Origin: Eledone cirrhosa
Lineage: Eukaryota
NCBI GenBank assembly: GCA_964016885.1
Contig: OZ024745.1
Coordinates: forward strand, 55,986,001 to 56,050,000
Length of the DNA: 64,000 nucleotides
Direction of reading: 5' to 3'
In this document: piece by piece, positions 41,961 through 58,163 of the stretch
Layout: every line of letters begins with the position of its first letter
Position numbering within the stretch: the first letter of the stretch is position 1
The notes under the pieces: generated by a model
Told to the model about the DNA's origin: nothing
The model's input: only the letters and a program-made list of their open reading frames with translations
Database searches by the model: none
Made by a program: the position numbers and the translations under genes

Positions 41961-42036
<76 letters not shown>

Positions 42037-42364
42037 CACGTGATTGAGTGGTTAGAACCCTGTGTTCTTGAGCATAACTCTTTATTTCATGTTGCTCCAT
42101 TCCTTCAGCTGTAATAAAGAGCTGCACCGTTACCGGTGCCAAGCTATATCTGCCATTGCTGTTCCCTCGGACTACATTGGTAGCGTTAAACGAGAGACAA
42201 GAATACATGGGCGACTGCTGGTCTTCCACAAACACACTTCTTTTTGCTGTCAGGGATTTTGGTGAGGCTCCTTATGTTTAAGTTGCTTGAGGTTGTTTAT
42301 ATCCCTAAGAATCGATATTTTATCGACCCGTTAATGATATGTATTAGATGTTATATATATATAT

Positions 42365-42790
42365 GTTTACTTCACTGAATAATATATCTTAATCATCTCT
42401 TTTCATTGAGACGTTATGTATATTCGTAACAAGCTTTGACTGTGTAAGCAATAATACTGTTACTAAATGATGTTGCTATAATAAGATGAGCCGTACCGAC
42501 TGCTATTTCTAGAGAAATCTTAGACCAGTCTTTTTAGGTCTGTCCGTTTATAAGAATATATACTTGTTTATTGGTATATAGGCATGCGTTATTTAATTTG
42601 ATCACACCTTTCTGGACTGATGAGTAATAAAATCTCTCTCAACTGGTATGTTTTCTTATACTAAACTGAATTTTCCCTCCGAATACGAATTGGTTCCGGT
42701 AATGATGATCATATCTTCTCTGAATAAGATATCTTATCGATCTCTTTTCATTGAAATGTTATGCATATTCCTCACAAATTTTAAATAATT
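42365..42790 (+). repeat. About 345-bp unit with terminal direct repeats and a decayed hammerhead
   Basis: 42375-42432 resembles 42720-42778; CTGGA-CTGATGA-GTA..TAC-TAAA...TCCGG. Confidence 0.5.
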
Positions 42791-43037
42791 ATAAATATAT
42801 ATATATCCAAAATTAAATTAAATTAAATTAAGCGACTTGGCTACTGTTGTTTACCGATTGATGGTGAAATATGTTTCTTTAATGAAGGAAGATTAATCCA
42901 TTTATAAGGTATCTATATTTCTAGTTAAACTTTAATTAGTTACCTACATAGCTATGTGTGCTTACACACTTTTACAAATTATTCCCTGTGATTGTTTATT
43001 TTATATATATATATATATATGTCAATCAACTTCTACT

Positions 43038-43079
<42 letters not shown>

Positions 43080-43115
43080 TGTGAGAAAAAACACAAACCC
43101 TCCATTTCAATTCTA

Positions 43116-43151
43116 CTTTTGAAAAGCAGAAGAACTGCGAAACCGGTAAAG
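43116..43151 (+). ncRNA. Minimal hammerhead, U3-A8 core variant
   Basis: CTT-TTGAAAA-GCAG AAGAA CTGC-GAAA-CCGG-TA|AAG inside a 120-bp island between (TA)n tracts. Confidence 0.68.
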
Positions 43152-43189
43152 GAACCAACATTTTTCATTTTGTAAAAAAAACCTGACTC

Positions 43190-43251
<62 letters not shown>

Positions 43252-43253
43252 GT

Positions 43254-43324
<71 letters not shown>

Positions 43325-43409
43325 TGTGTGTGTGTATATATATGTGTGTGTGTGTGTGTGTGTAAAGAGATAGGGGGAGAGGGAGAGAGCGATATGTAAA
43401 ATCCCACCA

Positions 43410-43700
43410 TCGTGCCAAAGTCTGTCTTACCTGTTCTAGCCATCCGGCTGAGGCCATCCTCGGCCACCCGGCTTGTTACTACATGTTCTATCTCCAGGCT
43501 GTGTTGGCTAGCGATTAGTGAAAGAAGACGTTCGTTGCTGTTGCCCTTGGGTTACCTTCGTACCGTGCTGTGGGCTCATCTGTGGGCTGCATAGCAGAGT
43601 GTCAAGATGTTTATCGAAAACATCCACGTCCACACCATGCAGATCTCTCAAATTTCTTGGTACCTTGTTGAAGAGTTGAGGGCATTTGAACCCCAGGCAT
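43410..43700 (-). pseudogene. Probable LINE AP-endonuclease fragment
   Basis: KGNSNERLLSLIASQHSLEI resembles N.NG.RLL.F...H.L.I of RTE APE domains. Confidence 0.4.
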
Positions 43701-44279
43701 AATGCAATATCTGCTCCTTATTCTAGATATGAAACATATATAATTTTCTGTTACGAATTTTCGTGTTCACTATGTTTAGAATTAGATTTTGTTTCACTTT
43801 AGAATTCAAATTGCTTCAACAGATTTTCCTTAATTTTATTATTTTATTTGTATATGTATCAATTTCTTTTTAAATAGAAATGAATTGGTGGTTATTTTAA
43901 GCTATTGATCTTTTCCATATACATTCTAAAATCTATTTTTGATTCTGTTTCAGGCCTCATACTTCGACATCTTCTTTAGTATATAAACAGATCACTCTGA
44001 TTATCAGCTTAATTAATGTTATTTTGTTTCTAGCCATATTCCCTATCGATTTGACAATAGTTTCGATGTCAGGTCTAAATTTAAACATATACATATATAT
44101 ATAAATGGCTTGAGCACCATACTAACTGTGATTACCCCCGATTGCACCCGTGCCTTACACACACGCACATTTATACATATATACATATATATGTATATAT
44201 ATATATATGATGGATGCCGCCTCGTTATCGAGTATGGCCATTGCACGATATACCATTATTAATAATTATTAATTAATTC

Positions 44280-44742
44280 TATCGTGCAATGCATGTGCGT
44301 GAAGATATGTTTTAAAGTGAGGAAAGACTGTGCACTGAGCCAATCCCACTCTCTGATCAACAGTAGCTATAACTCGAAAAGAAGAAAAGATCAACATCAT
44401 CGGTAACTACTGAGCCGCAGGTTTTTTATGGGAGTTATCCCAGTTTCCTGCGTTGCCTTCTCCTAGAAGAATGCCCTGACAAATGGTAGGGGTCCTTCAC
44501 TCCTAATGGTTTAACCGCGCCGATGTGTATATATACATATTTACACACATTTGGATGGCCGTTGACTATTATGAGTTCTTCCGCCCTTTGTCAGGTTTTG
44601 TTTTTGTCCTGCAGGGTGTCCAAAATCACCCTCCTCACGAAGTAAACTTGGTGGGGTTGCCGGTTTAGTCGCCGACGACCCGACCATGCGACAGGTGGTA
44701 CTCGGTTACATATTACCAGTAGCATTCAAGAGTGACCCGACA
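44280..44742 (-). mobile_element. RTE 5'-UTR-like fragment including its apparent 5' terminus
   Basis: Homologous to 6440-6665 and 7785-8110. Confidence 0.65.
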
Positions 44743-44757
44743 TATATATATATATAT

Positions 44758-44916
<159 letters not shown>

Positions 44917-45435
44917 CATAATATTTACACATAATATATTTATTTACTTCGTTTCTCACCTTTCAAAAATCTACTTTGGAAATATCCAAATGATCTATAT
45001 ATAATGATTTCTTCTAGAGATAGCCTAAAATGAAAGAAATTTTAAATTCATTTTAATGAATCAGTTAAGAATGTATTGTGCTGAAAATATTATTTTCTGC
45101 GGAGTTAAGCCATTAGCACGTCAACAAAAAAACTATACCAAATTGTTGTGCTGTTATTACTAACAGAAATAGATTATATTACAAAAGACAGTTGCTATTT
45201 GCTTCAACATATCCCAAGGCATTGTAAAGTTTCATTGTTTCTCTACAATGGAATATATGATATAGAACGGTTTTATCAGTGTTTAAACTAATCAAGAAAA
45301 TGCTCGTAATTTTAAAATTGAATAATCTTGAAAACAGTTCAGAACAATAGAAAATAACACTTAAAATATGTTTTTTTTCTGAGGCGTATGCATATATGTG
45401 CGAACGCACAGACAAATACCCGCCGACACACACAC

Positions 45436-45559
<124 letters not shown>

Positions 45560-45685
45560 GTATATATATGTATATATATATATACAGTATATATATATAT
45601 ATATACAGTATATATACATATATATATATTTATATATATGTATATATATATATATATACTGTATATATATATATATACATATATG

Positions 45686-45741
<56 letters not shown>

Positions 45742-45749
45742 CATATATG

Positions 45750-45785
<36 letters not shown>

Positions 45786-46115
45786 CATATATATATATAT
45801 ATACGTATATATATATATATACACGTGTGGGTGTGTGTGCGTGCGCGCATATATATGCATACACCTCAGAAAAAAACATATTTTAAGTGTTATTTTCTAT
45901 TGTTCTGAACTGTTTTATATATATGGATTTAGTTTGTAACTGGTTAAACCATTACTCACCAGATTTCTTGACACTTGTGGAGGCAGAGTCTGGTTATATT
46001 ATAAAGAGTCGGGACCCCTACGGCTGAGCTCTTGCCCTTTCAACAGTTATTTCCAGACTGGCTCCCTTTGAAACAGCAAGACCTCAGCTATCAAATTTCC
46101 GACTTTTTATTATAT

Positions 46116-46144
<29 letters not shown>

Positions 46145-46154
<10 letters not shown>

Positions 46155-46387
46155 TTAAAAAATAATGAATAAAACAATGAAACAGTTCCTTATATTAAAC
46201 AAAAAAAGTTCATTATTTAACGATCGTTTCTAGGACATATATGTGTTAGAATTGGTATGCATATTCAACAGATCTATGTACAAAATTATACAAAATTATA
46301 CAAATTATCAAATAGAATATACATACCAACACATACATATGCCGTCTTCAGAAATAAACACTACCGTAAACTTTTGGTAGATTTATC

Positions 46388-46390
<3 letters not shown>
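46145..46390 (-). mobile_element. Copy of the 53.4-kb hammerhead family: one arm plus terminal tail
   Basis: Matches 53355-53570, then jumps to CACTACCGTAAAC..TTATCTAC (53891-53922). Confidence 0.8.
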
Positions 46391-46482
<92 letters not shown>

Positions 46483-46485
<3 letters not shown>

Positions 46486-47013
46486 AAAACATACTCTTCT
46501 GTGTATTTCCCCTCTATATATTGTATATTAAAGAGCCCAGGAAAACACTTTCCTTTGAGCTCATTTAATTACAGGATTATACGCGAGTCCTTTGCTCCGT
46601 TATTTTACTTGATATTTCCTCCTTGCGCGCTCTCTGCTGTTGAGCACCATGAATTGAATAGTATAGCCTGCCATTTCTAGCAGTTTGTTCTGTTCATGCC
46701 ACCGGCTACTGCTCCGCGCACGCATTTCCCTTATGTCTACACGTGCGAAAGGTAGTTTACTTTAGTTCTCTCTAGTAGTGCGGACAATATCGGCCTTCCA
46801 CATGCGGACGACCCACTAAAATAGCGAAACTTCTCGTGGTGAGTTTGTACGTGTGTGATTTAGGTGACGTTGGTTTCTCATTTTAATTTATACTTTTATA
46901 TTTAATGTTTTTCCTATGCCTCTAGTAGCCTATATTCTCTTCACGCTGGTAGTTTGAAATTCCTGTTACGAAAAATACACTCTTCTGTGTCTTTCCCTTC
47001 TATATATTGTATT
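46483..47013. repeat. 486-bp unit with about 45 bp terminal direct repeats between microsatellites
   Basis: CTCTTCTGTGT.TTTCCC.TCTATATATTGTAT at 46494 and 46980. Confidence 0.6.
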
Positions 47014-47037
47014 ACACACACACACACACGCACACAT

Positions 47038-47615
<578 letters not shown>

Positions 47616-47635
47616 ATATATATATATATATATAT

Positions 47636-47816
47636 ATGAAGACAGCATATATATGTGTAGGTATGTATATTCCCTCTGATAGTTTATAAAAATTTTACAT
47701 AGATCTATATGATATACATACCAACACAAACATATATATCCTAGAAACGATCGAAAAATGATGAATTTTTTAATATAAGGAACTGTTTCTTTGTTTTTAT
47801 TCATTATATTTATTAA

Positions 47817-47822
<6 letters not shown>
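47636..47822 (+). mobile_element. Diverged copy of the 53.6-kb hammerhead family
   Basis: TGAAGACAGCATATATATGTG...CCTAGAAACGATCG. Confidence 0.7.
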
Positions 47823-47861
<39 letters not shown>

Positions 47862-47866
<5 letters not shown>

Positions 47867-48177
47867 TATGTACACGTACATACATATATGTATATAGACA
47901 TACAGTAGTATCTATATATATATACATACATGCACACATATATACATGTACGTATGGATTCACCGAACATTTATTATAATGCTCGGTGTGTTTGTAAACA
48001 AACATCCCGAATTAAGCCGTACAGTGTCTAGCAACCATCGTTGCTCATTTGTTCAACACTGACAAAGGAACGCTGTACTAGTTTCAAGCTTATTAGGTAT
48101 CGTCAGCAACGTATACCTTCCTGCCAGATGGTTGAACGTCTGAAAGTATATACTTTCCTTATGCATATTAACGGCTG
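47862..48177 (-). mobile_element. 453-bp family copy; hammerhead at 48070-48112
   Basis: Reverse complement: ACGTTG-CTGACGA-TACCTAATAAGCTT-GAAA-CTAG-TA|CAGCGT. Confidence 0.78.
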
Positions 48178-51100
48178 TTGTGTGTGTCTGTATGTGTTTG
48201 TGTGCCTGTGTGTGTGTCTGTATGTGCCTTTATATTAGTGGCGATATATATAATTAGAACATGTCCAGAATAGCGTATAGAATTCTATCGCGAAATTAAT
48301 GAGATTCTTGAAATATTCGTTTCGAATATCTGTTTAGGTATGAATCAATCAATTCCTATAAAATTATTTATTCCAGTACTTTCTCTTGATCCTCAATATC
48401 CAGATTCTTACCTGAATGGATGACATGATGTAATAAAATGCTATTCCCACTTGCTTTAACATTACTGAAGATTTTCTATTTATTTTGGCGTAAAAACCAA
48501 CGATCAATACCTGCCTTCAAGAAATTATCGAGAATGACATTTATTTCATCTGATCTTATATATTTCTAAAGAAAGAGAAACATACCCAAAAGTAAGATAT
48601 TGAAGATACCACGGTTCAAAATGCGGAATGAAATGCCCATACCACTTTAAACGTTATTAAACGTGTAAATAAACAGAGGTCATGAGCAGAAGGGAATAAT
48701 AACATAAGGTATAGTAAGACAGTAAAAATAATGTAATAAATAATATTTGTGGATTTTGTTAAGGGATATACTACGTGGCTAGAGATGACAAAATGACTGC
48801 TGTATAACGGGATAATCATGCACTGTTCACAGAATCCAACAAACTATGCATATACATTGTTCGTCAGTGGAATAGAAATCAAAAATTAATTAGAAATGAT
48901 ATATAATCATGACTTTGAATACGATATACCGAGGAAGAGATCAAAAGTATGAATGACAAACAAGAGACAAGATAACACCTAAGAGGAAGTTTTACAGAAA
49001 TCAATAGAGTATCAGTATTGTTAGCAGTTGAAACTTTAAGGTTTATATATTTCAGTATTTTACCCTATACTTGAATTGATTCCTGATTCTGGATTTCTGC
49101 TCAAGTGTTATTTATAATGGGGATATAATATAAACCAAATGAAATGTTGAACTGATGTTAATTATAGCTTTATCATTATGGAAAATGGGTAGAATAACTG
49201 TTCATTTCATGCAAGTATTTTGCTGAAACTCCTAATATAGTATTGTACAATACAACAAACATACTCTAATAGAAATAGAAATAAATGCGTCAAGAATGTT
49301 AGTAGTAAGTTTGCGACTACATTATAAAGAAACCTAACACGAATGCCTAGCATTGCAGTGATTGAAAGCATCAGCCGTCAACTTCCTCTTGTGTAAAGTA
49401 TGATATAGATTTTTTTTTAAATTATAGTGGTTTTATGTACATCTGTTTATGATATTGTAATATATAAACCATGAATTGAGACCAAGTTGTGGCGTACATT
49501 TCCTATTCAAAACCAAACATTTCCAACCCCATTACTTGCTTTTAAAGGGCTAGGTTAACGTTCACAGTGTTGATTCTATTTATTAGAAACTCATCCAGTC
49601 AGCCTGGATACAATATCCAATGTTACCCGTGATAACAGAAATGAAAAACACTGATTAGACCTGGCCGAAATAGTTTTGTTCATATTTCTGTTAGATCACT
49701 TCTGATCTGGAGCTAAGCAATATTTCCCCTCATTGGTAATAGTATATTTGAGCATGTATGGACGATTTGCATCGAGAATAGGCAGGATATACGATTAGAC
49801 GTAACTAGAAAAACCATTACCATGTTCTATACGGTGATAGATTAGTAATGTAACATATTTGATCTGACGTTCAAAAAATAAAATGAGTATTTCAATTCTC
49901 AATATAAAATACATATGACAATCGTAACAATTTATACAGTCATATTCGGAATGTTTCATTAACTCCAAGAATAGAAAGCACGAAATGATACTGAAATCGT
50001 AACATATATTTATGTATTTTCTTTTCACAATATTTTAATATTCAATACAAATTTCTTTTTTTCATTTGACGATGTATTATCCATTGATGAGTTTAGCTAT
50101 AGACGAGAGGATATATTGAATACTGATGTATTCTTGTCTTTATCCATAAAATGTAGTAAATGTGCTGTTATATATTGCTATTAAGCATAAAGCGATGTAT
50201 TGAAACACCTACAGGCTATCAATTGGTATCGAACGATTTTTTATATGAGAGTTTAGCGCAAATACATTCACATTATATGTCTTACATATAATCTATAGAT
50301 ATTAATACCGCATTTTTATAATTGCACAAAATATGTTGACACACTTTAAAAAAGGATGGTTTCATTTACCTTATATAATGATCAGCGTTTTATTTTTTTT
50401 TTTTTTTTCTACCATCATTATATTTTAACTTCGCCCATCATGCTTTATACTAACTTTATATTCTCAACATTTAAAGACAGAGAGATAGGCCACGTGTTTT
50501 ATCTGTTTACAGACGGATGTTTTCAGTCAATCTATCTCTCGGTCTACCGACAACTGTAAGCTGTGATGCACCTATCTATGTAAGACGGTAAAAAACTTCA
50601 CGGTCCCATAACTTAATGGGTAAATACGCCTAGCTTGTATCTTACAGATATAGTGTTCAATTACTCATAGTTGCCGATAGCAACGTCTTATCCCGTATTT
50701 TAAGGGTGTTCACCTTATTTTATAAGCTATTTTGTAGCATATCTACGCATGAAGACAACATTCTTCATATTAAGAGTTCGAAACTAGATGTGGAAACGAC
50801 AGGTGTTCAGCAGTCGGGGTCCCGACTCTTCCATATTAACTATATATATATAATTATACCTATACACATATAAATAATGTATAAATTATAGGAAATTTAC
50901 AGATAAATAACTCCACATATTTATTTCACAATTCCCATACTCGTAAAATTTACTTGGATGGATTATACTCCCCAACTAAAGGTGTGTATGACAAAACAAT
51001 GATGTGATTCTGTTAATATGCGGCTGAGATATGTTTTACTGTGCCAGCTGTAGCAATTCAATGTCATTGTCAGTCGTAATAAAATTTTTAGATGAACATA

Positions 51101-52877
51101 AATGTTTACATACTGCGCACACCAAATCTCACTCGAATGTAAAAAAAAAATAATAATTTATATGTGTATTAAATAGATCTGTTATAACTATAATGTTATA
51201 TTCAGGCATCGTCATGGGAAAATCGTAGAATATTTTAAATATTTTTGAGAGATGTATCTATCTCGTGTCTTTCACGATATATTATATTCCAACTCATAAG
51301 ATTCTGATTTACAAGAAACGTTTATTATTAAAAATAATTCGTAAATTAGATACACTCGAATATCACTTGGAAGTAACATGTCCAATAAAAAATATTTATT
51401 CTACAAATACGTCACAATAATTTTTCCAACTACAATTCCCAGTTCAGACACTGTCAAGACCAGCATTAGAAGATGAAGGATCTTCGTCAAGGGGACCAAC
51501 TACTGAATCTTTTTGGAACCGTACCGCTGACAAATGCTTTACGTCTGTCAAGATTCGACTTGGTTACAGTCGATGCCTCATTTTTGTTATGTGAATGGAA
51601 GCCCGCAGACGTGTGCACATGACTGGACAATCATTTGCAATTCCAACTAAAAGCCGAGTGGTAGAATATTATAGACAGATAACCAGACTGTTATAAATGA
51701 AAGAGGGGAAATGGCGAAATAGAAATACTCTATTGTCTACCATATATTAATGTTGAAAGATTCTAGTTTTAGCTTAGTCGGCAGCAAACTAATATTTTAT
51801 TTGTTGTGTCATAATCTATTCACTATTGATAATCGCATGACTGTGAATTTGTGCCTGTGTGACTGTGTAAAGTTATCAGAGTTTGTGATATCAAGTGTCC
51901 AAACGTAATCACCCATGGCTTATTTCACTTCTAATATATTTTGATGTTCAAGTCCTTTATCATGATCAATTGATTGTATCTTCAATGTTAGTAAACTAGC
52001 AATGATTTAATTCATCAAACGGAAGTATTCATCACAGTGTCGTATAATATTTATTGGTACTAATTCAACATATAAAGTTGGAATATTGTAGTGAAGTAAA
52101 GTTGACATTGATGTTTCGACAATATTTATTCTGCCACAGTGAGGAAGTTTGAAATAAATAGTCCTCTAAATTGTTTCTTAATCTTTAATAAGGACATAAT
52201 TAAATACAAAGCACAAAAATTATTTTGAAATATTTTAAAGATCAAACTGAAGTTTCCATATGTTGTCAGAAAACGGCCAAAGGCTAGGCAGCTAAGTTAA
52301 CTTGTCGTTTCACAACAACGTGTCATCTCCGGTAAGTGTAATTTTACCATACATTTGAGTTGAACACATAACATGTGGAGGAAAATTTGAATATATGAGA
52401 GATATCAAAAACAGTGTTCTCGGGTACCGTTAGATTTGGAGTGAAGCAGTTAGTGTGTCAGTTAGAACCAGTAACAATTGAATCAGGGTCTTCTCGCCTC
52501 AAAGTAATCATTATGATAGCACAGTAATATATTATTTTTGACATCATTATGTATTTTCTATCATTTGTTCTAACTCCCGCATGATTGAGTAAATATTTGA
52601 CTGAAATAGACTGCTTCTTCTAGCAACTCTGTTAATAGCCAATAGTCTATCCTTCACATGATAATTTCCTCTTTCGAAAGTTGTAACTAGTAGTGGTAAG
52701 TTCGGGGAATCAGTCCTACACTGAGGGAGTCACTTGACAGGCCGACTCCCTCATAGCTTAAGTGCACCTTAACGGCACTTTATCTGCGCACCAGTCGACG
52801 TAACTCCGCAGTCGGTGCTACGAAGAAAAATTAAGTAATTGTTTTCTATTTAATTTTCACACTGATAATTTTGTATG

Positions 52878-52927
<50 letters not shown>

Positions 52928-52937
<10 letters not shown>

Positions 52938-53280
52938 CTACAAAATATTAATAAATATAGACATTCATGTGATCAAATATATTTTATTATACATATGGTT
53001 CAATTCCAGTCTTGGCAGTTAAAGACTGGAATTGAACCATCAGCACAGTTGAGGTATGTCAGACATCAATTTATTTTATCTGATGAGGACGTACTGATGA
53101 AATAGCTCAGTACCTCTGAAATATGTATAATAAAATATATTTGATCACATGAATGTCTATATTTATTAATATTTTGAAGTAATATTAATAACACCAGAAA
53201 ACCTAATTGTTGAGTGCGTCTAATCTATTGTAAAACTTTATTCATTGATTAATCAATGAACCTTGTTAAACTGTTGGTTA
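52928..53280 (+). mobile_element. pLTR fold-back insertion with hammerhead at 53074-53135
   Basis: TTTTAT-CTGATGA-..GTACTGA/TCAGTAC..-GAAA-TATGTA-TA|ATAAAA; 52928-52995 is the reverse complement of 53122-53188. Confidence 0.8.
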
Positions 53281-53290
53281 TATATATATG

Positions 53291-55472
<2,182 letters not shown>

Positions 55473-55492
55473 TATATATATATATATATATA

Positions 55493-55665
55493 AGTAAAAA
55501 GAATTCCAACTTTGTCTGATTTACTCGTTTTATTTACAATCCTTTAAAATTTATAAAGCTATTAGAATGAAATACCATACTATTTCATTCTAATACCATT
55601 ATAAATTTTAAAGGATTGTAAATAAATCGAGTAAATCAGACAAAGTTTGAATTCCTTTTATTAAT
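55493..55665. repeat. Fold-back made of the extreme 3' end of the Neptune element
   Basis: Both arms match 26772-26856 (TTTTAAAGGATTGTAAATAAA.CGAGTAAATCAGACAAAGTT). Confidence 0.88.
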
Positions 55666-55714
55666 ATAATGTTCTATACACAATCATACACACCTGTGTA
55701 TATTTATCTATATC

Positions 55715-55786
<72 letters not shown>

Positions 55787-55793
<7 letters not shown>

Positions 55794-56150
55794 ATACTTG
55801 GGGAGGGTCATATTTATGTAATATTGCCAGAATTAATAACAGAACACACTCACTGTTTGGTTGGTTTTCGCTTTTCGCTTCTGTGTCTTTTATATCAGTA
55901 ATCTAATTTATTCGGTCCTCAATGTTGCCATTGACTGACCGTTGGTCAGTGAATGGTCAGTCAATGGCAACATTGAGGACCGAATAAATTAGATTACCAA
56001 TATAAAAGACACAGAAGCGAAAAGCGAAAACCAACCAAACAGTGAGTGTGTTCTGTTATTAATTCTGGCAATATTACACAAATATGACCCTCCCCAAGTA
56101 TAACAATATTTGTTTCGACACACGATTTCATATCAAAAACCTCGCAAAAC
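55787..56150. repeat. Fold-back (about 155 bp arms) plus 40 bp tail, in (TA)n
   Basis: 55787-55941 is the reverse complement of 55954-56109. Confidence 0.88.
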
Positions 56151-56168
56151 TATATATATATATAATAT

Positions 56169-56219
<51 letters not shown>

Positions 56220-56254
56220 GAGGGAGAGATACATATATATATATATGTATATAA

Positions 56255-56330
<76 letters not shown>

Positions 56331-56375
56331 ACATACATATATATAGATACATATCTATCATCTATCTATACATAT

Positions 56376-56441
<66 letters not shown>

Positions 56442-56559
56442 GAAAATAAAGAAATTAATGTGAGCAAGAAGCCAACAGTATTTCATAATAAATAAGTGAC
56501 TATAACGTCAAGACGGGAAATATTTAACGTAAGATATGGGAAAATAATTCAAACTCAAT

Positions 56560-56602
<43 letters not shown>

Positions 56603-58079
56603 TTTCTTGTTCACTCCCATACTGTTTACACTGAGAATTCTTTGTTTTTATTCTTTATTTCATTTTATTTAATTGCGTATATAGCACAGCGTATAAATAC
56701 GTGGTTTTCTTTACAATATTACCAGTCAATAAAATTTGTGAGAAAGGCATTCAAATAGCAAATGAAAAGAGCGAAGTAAATGGTTTTGAATCAATTATTC
56801 TTTAGCAATGTAAGTTCTAGTGACCTAGACAGCCTTAGAATTCCATCTCTTAGTACTCACGAAAGAGAAACTACGTATATACCAATTAATATTCCATTTA
56901 TCTGAATTATATATTTATACTTAACCTTTTTAATACTCATATGAACATATTAATAATACGTGATAATATTATGAGTCCAATATCTATTTATTTCTTGGAA
57001 TGTATGAGTTTTTTAACATCATATTTTATAAATTTTGAGGCTGCAGTAGTAACTCTTAAACCCCTACAACACTGCTACCCGATTCCAGCATTTGTTTCCT
57101 TGAGTTAAGTATGTTGTCCAGATAGAACCACCCGTTCTCACGCATGTTGCACTGGGTATAGTTTGAATCACTCGTTCGTTACACAATGAGAGTGTAAAAA
57201 AATTACCTTCGATATCTTTGCTCCCCTACCTATAAGCTACTTCAGTGAGCGTGAATTTGTGGCTTTTAAATTTATATTGAACATACAATTCCAAAATTTT
57301 CAACGCCTCTGATTATAACGCAGCAAAGAAATTTCAATATTACTGGGAAATATGCAGAATGTTAAAACACCATATGATATTAATTATCCTTTTTCATATA
57401 TATTTTTGCTTTATCTTGTGTTTTACATAGGGATTTATTGTCTTGTTTATACGCATTAGTAATTACATGGAATAATATAACATGATGAAAGGAATTAAGA
57501 AAGGTAAAAAAGAAAAGAAATAGTGATCTGCGGTCGTTCGAGCAAATATGTTTTATGGCCTGCTTAGCTAACGTTCCAACATTCCATTAATATTAATTTT
57601 CAAAGTTCTGCTTGTAGTTTATATTATATTATTGTATATTCGTTTAAGAAGTTTAATGAAAACTTAGATCGTCTTAACGAGATATATTTTATGGAATCTA
57701 TTTCACGCCTTGAAGATTAAATCTTAAAGACTTGTTACATGCCAAGAAACATTTGCCAAAACACTATAGAAAAACGAATATAAAAATAATGACTTATTAG
57801 GCGGATGAAATTATAAGAAAGTAGCTTGAGAATAGAATAATGTAAGAGAGATGTGATGCGTGCCATCGTTTCTTTGAAAACTTCTTCCATTTCATTAGTT
57901 GACTTGGACACTAGAATGAGGATTGGCGCCAAAAAGATATAATTAAGAAAATTGAATTAATAATAAGGAGTGTAACTTAGAATAATTGCTTAAAGAATCA
58001 AAGTGTAGCATCTTGATATTCTTAGAAAAAAATTAGTATTACAATTTAACAATAAAAAGCTTATTAAGACGTATATTCA

Positions 58080-58163
<84 letters not shown>

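Noticed and set aside
51430-51595. Short GC-richer open frame
   Set aside because: No recognisable motif or splice support
52270-52337. AG..GTAAGT bounded 62-nt candidate exon
   Set aside because: Stop codons in all three frames and no supporting neighbouring exons
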